The translations under genes were made by a program, and so were the position numbers. Shown in pieces: positions 19,815-29,078 of a DNA stretch of 64,000 nt. Each line of letters opens with the position of its first letter. The stretch's first letter is position 1. The notes below the pieces were generated by a model that worked only from the letters and a program-made list of their open reading frames with translations, was not told the origin of the DNA and made no database searches. The stretch comes from a virus (Duplodnaviria > Heunggongvirae > Uroviricota > Caudoviricetes): the IMG/VR virus record IMGVR_UViG_3300031413_000001. One strand, given 5' to 3'.

Positions 19815-22136
19815 ATGGGCAGCACACCAATCATGGTCGTCAAGCGTGACGGCAAGAAAGAGGCACTAGACCTCGAGAAGATCCACAGAGTGGTCTTCTG
19901 GGCCTGTGAAGGCCTAGCAGGTGTTTCCCCCTCGGAAGTTGAGCTTCGCGCCAAGCTTCAGCTAGAGGATGGAACACGTACATCGCAGATTCACGACCTG
20001 CTGGTCAAGAGCGCAAGCGAACTGATCAGCGAAGATACCCCACAGTATCAGTTCGTAGCAAGCCGCCTGGCAAGCTACCAGCTACGCAAGGAAGTCTACG
20101 GCCGCTATGAGCCATGGACTGTACGCCAAGTTGTTGAGCACAACGTAAGACTTGGTCACTACACACAGGAACTTCTTGACAACTATTCCGATCAGGACTG
20201 GTTGAAGATTGAGAAGATCGTTCGTCACGAGCGCGACGACTTGATTGCCTACGCAGGCATGGAGCAATGGCGCGGAAAGTACCTGGTAAAGGACCGGGTA
20301 TCTGGACAGTTCTTTGAAACCCCTCAGATTGCGCTGGTGCTGATCGCTGCAATCGGTTTCATGGCTTATCCAGCTGAGACTCGTATGATGTACGTCAAGG
20401 ACTTCTACGACGCAGTAAGTCAGTTTGATATCAGCTTGCCAACGCCCATCATGGCAGGTCTGAGAACACCACAGAAGCAGTTTAGTTCCTGCGTTACCAT
20501 CAGTGCCGACGATAGCCTGGACAGCTTGACCGCTACCAATGGTGCCATCGTCAAGTACATCAGCCAGAAGGCTGGTCTTGGTATTGATATGGGACGCATT
20601 CGCGCACTTGGAAGCAAGATCCGAATGGGCGACGCAGAACACACTGGACTCCTTCCCTTTGTTCGTTGGTTCCAGACTGCCGTTAAGTCGTGCAGCCAGG
20701 GTGGTGTTCGTGGTGGTGCAGCAACGGTCCATTTTCCAGTATGGCACTACGAGTTCCCAGAGCTGGTTGTTTTGAAGAACAACAAGGGCACTGAGTTCAA
20801 TCGTATTCGTCAGCTGGATTACAGCTTCTTGTTCAATCGTATGATGTACAGGAGGTTGATTGACGGTGGTGATATCACGTTCTTCAGCCCACATGAAGTT
20901 CCAGGTCTCCTAGATGCGTTCTATGCGGATCAGGATGAGTTTGATCGTCTCTACGTCAAGTATGAGAATGATCCCTCGATCCGAAAGCACTCCATGAAGG
21001 CACTGGACGTTTTCCAGGCTTACATGACAGAGCGCAAAGAAACTGGTCGCATCTATTTGATGAACATCGACCATGCAAACAGCCACGGAAGCTACATTCC
21101 AGAGCTGGCTCCAATCACGCAGAGCAACCTGTGCCAGGAGATCACGCTTCCAACTCGTCCACTCCAGAGCTATGACGACGATAGCGGTCGTATCTCGCTT
21201 TGCACGCTGAGTGCATTGAACTGGGGACGTGTTAGGACGCCACATGATTTTGAGAAGCCAGCCAAGCTGGTTGTTCGCTTCCTCGATGAGCTACTCAGCT
21301 ACCAGAACTACCCAGTGAAGGCAGCAGAAACCGCAACGCGCGAGCTACGTCCCCTGGGCGTGGGCATCATCAACCTGGCTTACTTTCTCGCCAAGCATGG
21401 CCTGAAGTATGACGATGGTGCGCTAAGTCTGGTCGATGAGTTCATGGAAGGCATGAGCTACTATTTGATCAAGGCTTCAGCTGACCTGGCAGTGGAAAAG
21501 GGTGCCTGTGAGGGTGCTCACATGAGCAAGTACAGCAAGGGCATCCTGCCCATTGACACGTACAAGCGAGACATTGATGAACTGGTTGAGCCCAAGCTAC
21601 GCCAGGAGTGGGAAGCCCTCCGCGTTCAGTTGCTTGACACGGGAATCCGCAACACCACACTGATGGCGCTGATGCCTGCGGAAACATCCGCTCAGCTCAG
21701 CAACAGCACGAATGGTATTGAGCCAGTACGCGCACTTGTGTCGGAGAAGGTCTCCAAGCACGGCATCTTGAAGCAGGTTGTTCCTGAGATTCAGAAGCTG
21801 AAGAACAAGTACGAGCTACTGTGGGATCAGAAGAGCCCCAGGGGTTATCTGAAGGTTGCGTGCGTTTTGGGTAAATACCTCGACCAGAGTGCGTCGGTGA
21901 ATACCAGCTACAATCCGCAGCACTATGAGGAAAATGAGATCTCCATGAAGGAGATGATCATGGATCTTCTGTACTTCTACAAGTACGGTGGAAAGAACTT
22001 GTATTACTTCAATACCTATGACGGTCAGGAAGATGTGACCATGGAAAAGGATGCACCACAGAAGCCCGCAGAAGAAATGAGCCTTGAAGAGCTCATGGCT
22101 CTTCCTGAGGACGACTGCGACTCCTGCAAACTGTAA
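19815..22136 (+). CDS. nrdA: ribonucleoside-diphosphate reductase large subunit (class Ia, N-terminal ATP-cone)
   Basis: 773 aa. ATP-cone VVKRDGKKEALDLEKI. Catalytic-site NLCQEI, C-terminal redox Cys pair ...CDSCKL, conserved SNS...PSGS-like regions. Confidence 0.95.
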   Translation: MGSTPIMVVKRDGKKEALDLEKIHRVVFWACEGLAGVSPSEVELRAKLQLEDGTRTSQIHDLLVKSASELISEDTPQYQFVASRLASYQLRKEVYGRYEPWTVRQVVEHNVRLGHYTQELLDNYSDQDWLKIEKIVRHERDDLIAYAGMEQWRGKYLVKDRVSGQFFETPQIALVLIAAIGFMAYPAETRMMYVKDFYDAVSQFDISLPTPIMAGLRTPQKQFSSCVTISADDSLDSLTATNGAIVKYISQKAGLGIDMGRIRALGSKIRMGDAEHTGLLPFVRWFQTAVKSCSQGGVRGGAATVHFPVWHYEFPELVVLKNNKGTEFNRIRQLDYSFLFNRMMYRRLIDGGDITFFSPHEVPGLLDAFYADQDEFDRLYVKYENDPSIRKHSMKALDVFQAYMTERKETGRIYLMNIDHANSHGSYIPELAPITQSNLCQEITLPTRPLQSYDDDSGRISLCTLSALNWGRVRTPHDFEKPAKLVVRFLDELLSYQNYPVKAAETATRELRPLGVGIINLAYFLAKHGLKYDDGALSLVDEFMEGMSYYLIKASADLAVEKGACEGAHMSKYSKGILPIDTYKRDIDELVEPKLRQEWEALRVQLLDTGIRNTTLMALMPAETSAQLSNSTNGIEPVRALVSEKVSKHGILKQVVPEIQKLKNKYELLWDQKSPRGYLKVACVLGKYLDQSASVNTSYNPQHYEENEISMKEMIMDLLYFYKYGGKNLYYFNTYDGQEDVTMEKDAPQKPAEEMSLEELMALPEDDCDSCKL

Positions 22137-22143
22137 GAAAAGT

Positions 22144-22177
22144 GCCCGGGAGCGCGTGGGCGCTTCTGGGCCTTTCT
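22144..22177 (+). terminator. intrinsic terminator/attenuator after nrdA
   Basis: gcccgggagcgc-gtgg-gcgcttctgggc followed by ctttct. Confidence 0.55.
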
Positions 22178-22232
22178 ACCAGTAATAGACATGGGGCACC
22201 AGAATCCTGTATATTCAGAAAGAGGACAGGCT

Positions 22233-22457
22233 ATGAATGCCGAACTAAAAGCTCTCCAGGATGAGCGAACGCACCTGTTGGTTTTGGGGTTTAAGACCAT
22301 GAACCAGCACCTGCCATTCAATGTCCAGATCGGTGGTCATGATATTCCCAGCGAGCTCGCTGGTAAGGCACGATTTGGAATCACCAATGTTATCGCTGCT
22401 CGTCTCCGGGAGATTGAGCAGAGGATTCGAGAAATCAAAAAGGAGAATAACGCATGA
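22233..22457 (+). CDS. small hypothetical protein between nrdA and nrdB
   Basis: AAGAGGA precedes the ATG at 22233 (MNAELKAL...). Stop overlaps the nrdB start (ATGA). Confidence 0.4.
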   Translation: MNAELKALQDERTHLLVLGFKTMNQHLPFNVQIGGHDIPSELAGKARFGITNVIAARLREIEQRIREIKKENNA

Positions 22458-23584
22458 GCGTTTTCAATCTTAATGCAACCAACCACATGACGGCAAAGAT
22501 GTTCTTTGATCCATCGGGTCCAGTGGACATTCAGCGTTTTGACCAGGTAAAGTATCCAGAGCTTGAGGCACTGACCAACAGCCAGCTGGGCTTCTTTTGG
22601 CGTCCAGAAGAAGTTGACCTCAACAGCGATCGAGGTGACTTTGGAAAGCTCAACGATCACGAGCGTCACATCTTCACCAGCAACTTGAAGCGACAGATCC
22701 TTCTAGATAGCGTTCAGGGTCGTAGCCCAACGGCAGCGTTTGGTTCGATCACCAGCTTGCCGGAAATGGAAACGTGGGCACAGACTTGGGCCTTCATTGA
22801 GACCATTCACAGTCGCAGCTACACTCACATCATCCGTAACGTCTATCCCAATCCCGGCGAGGTCTTTGATGGCATGAAGTCCATCCAGGAAATCGTTGAT
22901 TGCGCGCAGGACATCTCGGCAAACTATGATGACCTGATTGAGTCGTCGATGTGGTATCAGTTGCTGGGTCTGGGCAAGCATACCGTCAATGGCAAGAAGA
23001 TCATCGTTGATGAGTATGAGCTCAAGAAGAAGCTCTGGTTGACCATGATGAGCGTCAACATCCTTGAGGGTGTTCGCTTCTACGTCAGCTTCGCATGTAG
23101 CTGGGCATTCGCTGAAACCAAGCGTATGGAAGGCAACGCCAAGCTGATCAAGTTCATCGCTCGTGATGAGAACTTGCATCTCGCAGGAACGCAGAACCTC
23201 TTGAGGAACATCCTGGTCGCTGATGACCCCGACTTCATCAAGATCCGCGAAGAGTGCGAGCCACTGGCAATCCAGATGTACCTCAGCGCAATCCAGCAGG
23301 AAAAGGCATGGGCCAAGTACCTGTTCAAGGATGGTTCGCTGATTGGTCTCAACGAGGCACTACTGAATGAGTATGTGGACTACATTGCCGGTCAGCGTAT
23401 GCGTGGCGTGGGTCTCAAGGCTCCATTCACCGTTCCTGCTCGCAACCCACTTCCCTGGACTTCCAGCTGGATCGCATCCAAGTCGGTTCAGGTTGCCCCT
23501 CAGGAAACTGAGATTTCCAGCTACATCAATGGTGGTGTCAAGCAGGATGCCGGCATCAACGACTTCAGCACATTCGACCTATAA
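22454..23584 (+). CDS. nrdB: ribonucleoside-diphosphate reductase small subunit (class Ia, di-iron/tyrosyl radical)
   Basis: 376 aa. Iron-ligand motifs EAIHS...H, EGVRFYVSFA and ENLHL. C-terminal Tyr-containing tail SYINGG...DF. Confidence 0.95.
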   Translation: MSVFNLNATNHMTAKMFFDPSGPVDIQRFDQVKYPELEALTNSQLGFFWRPEEVDLNSDRGDFGKLNDHERHIFTSNLKRQILLDSVQGRSPTAAFGSITSLPEMETWAQTWAFIETIHSRSYTHIIRNVYPNPGEVFDGMKSIQEIVDCAQDISANYDDLIESSMWYQLLGLGKHTVNGKKIIVDEYELKKKLWLTMMSVNILEGVRFYVSFACSWAFAETKRMEGNAKLIKFIARDENLHLAGTQNLLRNILVADDPDFIKIREECEPLAIQMYLSAIQQEKAWAKYLFKDGSLIGLNEALLNEYVDYIAGQRMRGVGLKAPFTVPARNPLPWTSSWIASKSVQVAPQETEISSYINGGVKQDAGINDFSTFDL

Positions 23585-23596
23585 GGAGAACACATA

Positions 23597-23851
23597 ATGG
23601 ACTTTGATATCTTTGTTGAGGGTGAAAAGTACGAGCTTCGTGGCATTGAAAAGGCCAAGCTCAACTTGACATACAAGACCGAGGGTGGAGCAATCCGTCC
23701 TCAGATGCTTCGCGGCGGTGTGATCCTTGGATTGCACGCCCTGTCGGAAGGCGTCTACCAGGACAGCAAGATTGTCTACATCCTAGAGGATGGCAAGATC
23801 TTGGAAAAGCATGGCACCATCACGGTTGCCGATGACCAGATTTCCTTCTAA
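23597..23851 (+). CDS. hypothetical protein
   Basis: 84-aa ORF in the nrd operon. Confidence 0.45.
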   Translation: MDFDIFVEGEKYELRGIEKAKLNLTYKTEGGAIRPQMLRGGVILGLHALSEGVYQDSKIVYILEDGKILEKHGTITVADDQISF

Positions 23852-23861
23852 GGAGACACCC

Positions 23862-24101
23862 ATGCAGGCAATCATCTACAGCAAGCATCCCTGCCCATTC
23901 TGTGACCGAGCAAAGATGTTGTTCGATCACAAGGGTATCAGCTACACTGAAATCAACGCCATTGAGAACATGGACGAAATGGTCGAGAAGGTATCAGCAG
24001 CCACTGGTGCGCGACCACAGACCGTTCCTCAGATTTGGCTTGATGACATCTACATTGGAGGCTTCACCCAGCTGGTGGAGCACTTTAAGAAGCAGGGATG
24101 A
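23862..24101 (+). CDS. glutaredoxin (RNR reductant)
   Basis: AAGGAG precedes the ATG at 23862. CPFC active site (KHPCPFCDRAK), TVPQIW and GGF motifs of the glutaredoxin fold. Confidence 0.8.
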   Translation: MQAIIYSKHPCPFCDRAKMLFDHKGISYTEINAIENMDEMVEKVSAATGARPQTVPQIWLDDIYIGGFTQLVEHFKKQG

Positions 24102-24622
24102 GAAGCAATCAAAGTCCCGAGGATTACCTGAAGGTCGTGGCCAAGAAAAAGCCACGACTACAGGCTCTCCTGGATAACGTGGACACGATGACGCAGGAAG
24201 CTATTGATGCCCTGGGGGAACCACTTTGGATCCGTCAGGCGCTGAGTAACCTGAAGAAAAATGAGGGCATGACCCTCAGCATGTACACTCAGGCTCGCAT
24301 CAACCAAGCCATCGCAGCCGAAGAGGAAGCCGCAAAACTTCCCAAGCCCACATACGAGGTTCGTATATGGGATTCAAACAACGGCTACGTTGGTACTGAA
24401 ATGCAGGGGTCACAATCTGGTTGGAAGATTGAGATGAACCCCGGCGATAGTTTTGCCATCATTGACGACCACACGGTCCGAGTTGGTGATAGCATGATTA
24501 GGATAAGCGAGTTTGATCTGACACCACTCATGCACTTGAGTAAGTTTGTTGGATACATGACTCTTCAGAACTACAAGGGCTTTCATCGTGCTCTCGTAAA
24601 CGAAAAACACAAGCACCTATAA
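24098..24622 (+). CDS. hypothetical protein
   Basis: 174-aa ORF with ATGA-type junction to the glutaredoxin gene. Confidence 0.5.
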   Translation: MRSNQSPEDYLKVVAKKKPRLQALLDNVDTMTQEAIDALGEPLWIRQALSNLKKNEGMTLSMYTQARINQAIAAEEEAAKLPKPTYEVRIWDSNNGYVGTEMQGSQSGWKIEMNPGDSFAIIDDHTVRVGDSMIRISEFDLTPLMHLSKFVGYMTLQNYKGFHRALVNEKHKHL

Positions 24623-24642
24623 ACTACACGGATAAATATCAC

Positions 24643-24939
24643 ATGCTAGTAGAAAAGAAGTCTGAAAACACTCCCGTAGTTGCCATTAAGTTGGTTACAG
24701 GTGAGGAAGTCATCGCCCGCAAGCTCAGCGAGGAAAACGATGGTATCCGTATTGCCCGTCCACTTGCGATGGTAATGGCGGAGAATCCTGAGAACCCCAG
24801 CCAGACGCGCGTTATGTTCACGCCATGGATGGTTGCTGCTGGAAAGGAAATGATGACCATCAAGACCATTCACATCATCGCCATGGTACCAGCACGCGAC
24901 GACGCAGCTGAGCAGTATGAACAGGCAATCTCCAATTAA
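24643..24939 (+). CDS. hypothetical protein
   Basis: 98-aa ORF. Confidence 0.45.
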   Translation: MLVEKKSENTPVVAIKLVTGEEVIARKLSEENDGIRIARPLAMVMAENPENPSQTRVMFTPWMVAAGKEMMTIKTIHIIAMVPARDDAAEQYEQAISN

Positions 24940-25336
24940 GCTCATTGAGCGCATCAAGTTGGCCTACCAGGCATTCACGGCACCAGCGTGTGTTGTTGAT
25001 GCCCAGGTGGGCCGCTTGGTCTCCTATGATGCTGTGAACCGGCGGCTTGTGATCCAGGGAGACTTTGAGATCCACGCAACCGGCACTCTCTTTTTGCGCT
25101 CAGATCGGGACGTTGTGGTACAAAGTGGTCACAATGGCATTGAGTACACCAACGATATCCACTTGAATCCTGAACTGGATGAAGAAGATGCAATCCACCT
25201 CGAATGTGAACCAGGAAGCCCTGGACAGTCAGCTCTACAACCCATCAGTGGACCCCAAGGTCTTGATGCTTCAGCAGATAATGGAGACGACACCCTATGT
25301 TGCGTCACAACCATTAACTACAGGGCCCTTGATTGA
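24917..25336 (+). CDS. hypothetical protein (possible spike/baseplate component)
   Basis: 139-aa ORF whose 3' end overlaps the next ORF in another frame by about 158 nt. Beta-strand-like segment VIQGDFEIHATGTLFLRSDRDVVVQSGHNG. Confidence 0.4.
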   Translation: MNRQSPIKLIERIKLAYQAFTAPACVVDAQVGRLVSYDAVNRRLVIQGDFEIHATGTLFLRSDRDVVVQSGHNGIEYTNDIHLNPELDEEDAIHLECEPGSPGQSALQPISGPQGLDASADNGDDTLCCVTTINYRALD

Positions 25337-26033
25337 TCCCAACAGCGTTGCTCCCGAGCTCAGAGAGCACGTTCAACAGTTCAATGCACTCAGCACGCAG
25401 AATCCCTATCAGGGTGTCGTGGTGAACCCCGCAAGCTGTCTTATCGTAGATATACGGAATGATCTCCAGTCCTTTCCCATAGTGATGGATGTGAAGTTCG
25501 GAACCGATCCCCAGTGGACCGATTACCGACCAGAATTCCAGCAGGACATTGACACGATCAATTCAGATTGTGATATCATTCAGGATCACACTGATCGCCT
25601 GACCAGCAACTTGCCCAGCCTAGCTGGTATTGCTCAAGCATCTCTGGCACTGGCTACCGTTATGAGTCTCTTGAGCAATCCATGCCTTGGACTAGATGGT
25701 ATGCTGGGAAGCATCATGGACAGCGGTAAAGCACTTCTCAATGACGTAAAGAAGCAGATTGCATCAGCATTGCAGAAGGCAAAGGAAGCAGTCAGCGCGG
25801 CCCTTGGTCCACTGATTGCTGATATCAAGAATGCCATTGCAGGAGCCAAGGCCAAGATTGCAGCATTCGTAGCCAAGGCCAAAGCCGAGGTGATGAACTT
25901 TGCCAAATCTCTCTTGGCACAGGCCCGTCAAGGTCTCGCGGAGTTGATGGCCAACTTGCCCAAGGATCCCTGCCTTCGCAGCCTCATGAAGAGCGCAGCA
26001 ACGGGCGCAGCCGCTGGTATCATCGGTGGGTAA
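25179..26033 (+). CDS. hypothetical protein with Ala/Lys-rich amphipathic C-terminus (structural?)
   Basis: 284 aa; the true start may be an internal Met (about 25266-25281). C-terminal KAKEAVSAALGPLIADIKNAIAGAKAKIAAFVAKAKAEV repeats. Directly upstream of the PAAR gene. Confidence 0.5.
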   Translation: MKKMQSTSNVNQEALDSQLYNPSVDPKVLMLQQIMETTPYVASQPLTTGPLIDPNSVAPELREHVQQFNALSTQNPYQGVVVNPASCLIVDIRNDLQSFPIVMDVKFGTDPQWTDYRPEFQQDIDTINSDCDIIQDHTDRLTSNLPSLAGIAQASLALATVMSLLSNPCLGLDGMLGSIMDSGKALLNDVKKQIASALQKAKEAVSAALGPLIADIKNAIAGAKAKIAAFVAKAKAEVMNFAKSLLAQARQGLAELMANLPKDPCLRSLMKSAATGAAAGIIGG

Positions 26034-26301
26034 GCCATGCGTTCGTATGGGAGACCGCTGCACCGGCCATGGTGATGCTCCTCCACGTCCCAACGTGCAG
26101 GGAAGCCCCAACGTCTTCATCAATAGCAAGCCAGCACACCGTCAGGGTGATATGTGGGCCGTTCACAAAAACCATCCCAGCAAACTTGCCAGTGGCTCGA
26201 GCACCGTGTTCGTCAATGGCAAGGGCCAGGGCCGTGTGGGAGACCCAGTGTTGTGTGGATCCCGATGCGCCCAAGGTAGCCCAAATGTTTTTGCAGGATA
26301 G
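26026..26301 (+). CDS. PAAR-repeat protein (tail-spike tip, T4 gp5.4-like)
   Basis: 91 aa. Three PAAR-like repeats: GSPNVFINSKPAHRQGD, GSSTVFVNGKGQGRVGD, GSPNVFAG. Confidence 0.7.
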   Translation: MGKPCVRMGDRCTGHGDAPPRPNVQGSPNVFINSKPAHRQGDMWAVHKNHPSKLASGSSTVFVNGKGQGRVGDPVLCGSRCAQGSPNVFAG

Positions 26302-26303
26302 GC

Positions 26304-26332
26304 TTGACAACGAGTAAGCGGCCTACTAGATA
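26304..26332 (+). promoter_or_regulatory. sigma70-like promoter for the tmRNA gene
   Basis: TTGACA (26304-26309), a 17-nt spacer, then TAGATA (26327-26332). Predicted transcription start about 26339. Confidence 0.5.
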
Positions 26333-26339
26333 AGAGATG

Positions 26340-26750
26340 TTGTTGAAGACCAAGACTTAATAGCAAGTAGCGGACCCGGGGGCAGTACCCGGCAGATCCA
26401 CCATAACTGCGCGGCGCTGCCCTGGAAGCTAGCCGCTGCCCTCGAGTAGGGCGGTTATGATGGGTCTGAACCAGGATCGACGTGCGAGCGAACGGTTACG
26501 AGAAGATTGAGCTTCGGCTCATGAAGCGATGACAGGGTGGCTCCTTTAAAGGCCAAAGCATGTAAATGCAAACGACAACACCGTTGTCGAGGCACGTCTG
26601 GCCGCGTAAGCAGCCAGACGAGGTAGGATTGCTTCGGTAGTTCTATCGCGTCTCTTAAATCCCTAGGGGCTCAACTCCCTAGGTGAGGGTATGGCTCCAC
26701 CCGGTAACAGAACGGGCCACCTTTCCCATACAGATTGCATAATTACTAAG
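26340..26750 (+). ncRNA. ssrA: tmRNA (ssrA), apparently circularly permuted two-piece form
   Basis: Tag reading frame 26568-26609: GCA AAC GAC AAC ACC GTT GTC GAG GCA CGT CTG GCC GCG TAA = ANDNTVVEARLAA*. The 5' tRNA-like strand GGGUCUG (26462-26468) is followed by a GGAUCGACG box homologous to E. coli GGAUUCGACGG. The complementary 3' strand CAGAUCC-A-CCA (26393-26403) lies UPSTREAM and is preceded by a T-arm-like hairpin CCGGG-ggcagua-CCCGG (26376-26392). The predicted acceptor stem has a G3:U70 wobble pair, the AlaRS identity element. 3' boundary of the coding piece not determined. Confidence 0.6.
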
Positions 26751-26860
26751 AGACCAGTAATTATAGCTCGCCATATCTCGGTGTCGTAGGGAGCCTGAAA
26801 TACCGCGTGACAGTTAGCCAATTTGGTGCTAGCGGGGTCCGCGCAATACAGGAGTTCTCA

Positions 26861-28567
26861 ATGACACAGACAGATACCCGCCACCACATAACGGTGCAAG
26901 GGTTACTTGTCTGTGGCGTGGGGGATGAGGGTAACGTGGATAAAGCAATCAAATCTGATATTAATATCAAGATGCTTACCGACCTTGCGCCAACCATCAT
27001 TTGGACGCGGGACGCTTCGGGAAAGCTGACATATCTAAACAATTTTTGGTTTGAATTCACGGGCTGTGAATACACATTGATCGATGCTATCCTGTGGAAG
27101 GAGTCCATTCATCCCGATGACATGGATGACCTCCGGGAAAAGCTCAACGAAAGCATGGCGCGTGGCGAGCCATACGAGGCCGAGACGCGCATCAAGCGCC
27201 ATGACGGCGAGTACCGATGGTTTCGCATCGCAACCCGTGCCGTCAAGGATGAAGAAAACAATGTCATGCAGTGGCTGGGTGTTGCTTCCCCCATTCATGA
27301 ACTAAAAATCGCCCAAGAACGCGCCGACGTGGCGCATGATGAATTGGAGCGCATGGTAAAAGAACGCACCCGAGCTCTCGAGGACAGTCAACATCAGGTC
27401 TTGGAAGAGATCAATGCTCGACAGAAAATGGAAGACGCGCTTCGTCAGGCACAGAAGATGGAGTCAGTGGGTCAGCTGACTGGTGGAATTGCACACGATT
27501 TCAATAACATGCTGACGGTTATCATTGGCAACTTGGAGTTGCTGAAGATGAGCGCTCCCAATCTTGGTGACAATCCAGTTGCCAAGCGTATGGACAAGAA
27601 CGTCAACATGGCCATTGAGGCCGCGCTCAAGGCGGAAAAGCTGACGAGCCAGTTGCTGGCATTCTCCCGCAAGGCACGACTCCACCCCGAACGTCTTGAT
27701 GTCAACAAGGTCATCTTGGGCGTAAAGGAAATGGTCGACCGCGCAGTTGGTATCGCGATCACTTGTGAGATCGATCTACAAGACGATGTGTGGCTTTGCT
27801 TGAGCGACAAGACCCAGCTGGAAAGCGCGATCATCAATCTCTCGATCAATGCGCGGGACGCCATGCTGCCCAAAGGCGGTACACTTCGCATCTTCTCGCA
27901 GAACAAGACGATCGGCGATCTCCGCTACGTTAGTGTGGGTGTCAGGGATACTGGCACTGGCATTCCTCCAGAGATCTTGGAAAAGGTCTTTGAGCCATTC
28001 TTCACAACCAAAGATGTGGGCAAGGGAAGCGGTCTTGGACTGTCAATGGTTCACGGCTTCTGCCAGCAAAGCAATGGACGGGTGTTCATTGAAAGCAAGA
28101 TCGGTGAAGGCACCACTGTTGAGATGATCTTTCCCTACACGGCTGGGGAGAGCATTGACAAGGTCCAGGCCGACGAGGACTTCAACTACGACGAGAACAA
28201 GCGCAGCATCCTCGTGGTCGATGATGAGCCCGCGGTTCGTGAGCTGGCCTGTCAGCTACTGACTGATCTGGGCTACAATGTTGTCAGTGCCGAGAATGGA
28301 ACACAGGCAATTGAGTTCTTGGGCGATGACGAGATTCCCATCGATCTGCTCTTCACCGATGTGGTAATGCCCGGTGGTGTTGATGGCTTCCAGGTTGCCA
28401 AGTATGCACAAAGCGTCCGGCCAGGAATGCCCATTATCTTCACCACCGGTCACGCGGAAATCGCGCTCAACGAGTTGAAAAAGGATCTGAGCCAAAAGCT
28501 CAAGGTTATTGGAAAGCCCTACAGGCTCAATGAGTTAAGCCAGACGATTGCCCAAGAGCTTGCTTGA
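26861..28567 (+). CDS. hybrid sensor histidine kinase (PAS/PAC - HisKA - HATPase_c - receiver)
   Basis: AGGAG precedes the ATG at 26861. PAS/PAC domain ([23 protein letters not shown]...[17 protein letters not shown]). H-box [21 protein letters not shown]1, G2 boxes ([25 protein letters not shown]). C-terminal receiver domain ([12 protein letters not shown]...[11 protein letters not shown]...KPY). Confidence 0.85.
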   Translation: MTQTDTRHHITVQGLLVCGVGDEGNVDKAIKSDINIKMLTDLAPTIIWTRDASGKLTYLNNFWFEFTGCEYTLIDAILWKESIHPDDMDDLREKLNESMARGEPYEAETRIKRHDGEYRWFRIATRAVKDEENNVMQWLGVASPIHELKIAQERADVAHDELERMVKERTRALEDSQHQVLEEINARQKMEDALRQAQKMESVGQLTGGIAHDFNNMLTVIIGNLELLKMSAPNLGDNPVAKRMDKNVNMAIEAALKAEKLTSQLLAFSRKARLHPERLDVNKVILGVKEMVDRAVGIAITCEIDLQDDVWLCLSDKTQLESAIINLSINARDAMLPKGGTLRIFSQNKTIGDLRYVSVGVRDTGTGIPPEILEKVFEPFFTTKDVGKGSGLGLSMVHGFCQQSNGRVFIESKIGEGTTVEMIFPYTAGESIDKVQADEDFNYDENKRSILVVDDEPAVRELACQLLTDLGYNVVSAENGTQAIEFLGDDEIPIDLLFTDVVMPGGVDGFQVAKYAQSVRPGMPIIFTTGHAEIALNELKKDLSQKLKVIGKPYRLNELSQTIAQELA

Positions 28568-28632
28568 TTATTGATATCCGTTAGGCCGCTCTGTTACTGT
28601 CTGGATCCTAAGAGAATCCAGAGGTAGAGAAA

Positions 28633-28821
28633 ATGGTCGCAAGTTCTTGGAAGCTACGTTTGGATCCCCGTTCCGAGGATCAGGTTGAAGATTGGTTGCG
28701 CGACGAAGGTTTCCGCGACTATGACGTCAACTATGGTCGCGAGGCGCTGGAGATTGAACTCTTCGAAATTGATGCAGCGTTTCGATTCCGTATGCAGTTC
28801 GATGATGAGATCCTAGCATAA
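28633..28821 (+). CDS. small acidic hypothetical protein
   Basis: 62-aa ORF followed by an 11-bp-stem hairpin. Confidence 0.4.
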   Translation: MVASSWKLRLDPRSEDQVEDWLRDEGFRDYDVNYGREALEIELFEIDAAFRFRMQFDDEILA

Positions 28822-28825
28822 CATT

Positions 28826-28857
28826 GGAGCGTGGGTTGCAGATGTGACCCACGCTCC
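28826..28857 (+). terminator. hairpin (weak terminator, poor U-tract)
   Basis: ggagcgtgggt-tgcagatgtg-acccacgctcc. Confidence 0.4.
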
Positions 28858-29078
28858 ATCCATGAGCGCAATACGCAAAATTGTGTAAAAACGAGCTTTT
28901 TATTGGAACGCCCAGATAATATGCTAGACAGGATTGTCATATCTGCATAACAAGGTGTAACAACGCACAACAAAACAACTTTGTTGCGTGTTTACGCCAT
29001 TGAAACCGTTTATGGAGAGCACAGGTACTTTCCACAAATTGTTGCAGTAGATCGGAACATAAAAAGTTAAAGGTCCTT

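Noticed and set aside
26404-26461. Possibility that the tmRNA is a standard one-piece gene
   Set aside because: No downstream 3' strand complementary to GGGUCUG and no CCA-bearing T-arm were found after the tag region (26610-26800). The only full-length complement with CCACCA is upstream, hence the permuted interpretation. This still needs a covariance-model check.
28964-28990. Apparent 11-bp palindrome cgcacaacaaa/tttgttgcgtg upstream of the 29079 gene
   Set aside because: On checking, only 7 bp (caacaaa/tttgttg) are truly complementary; too weak to call an operator.
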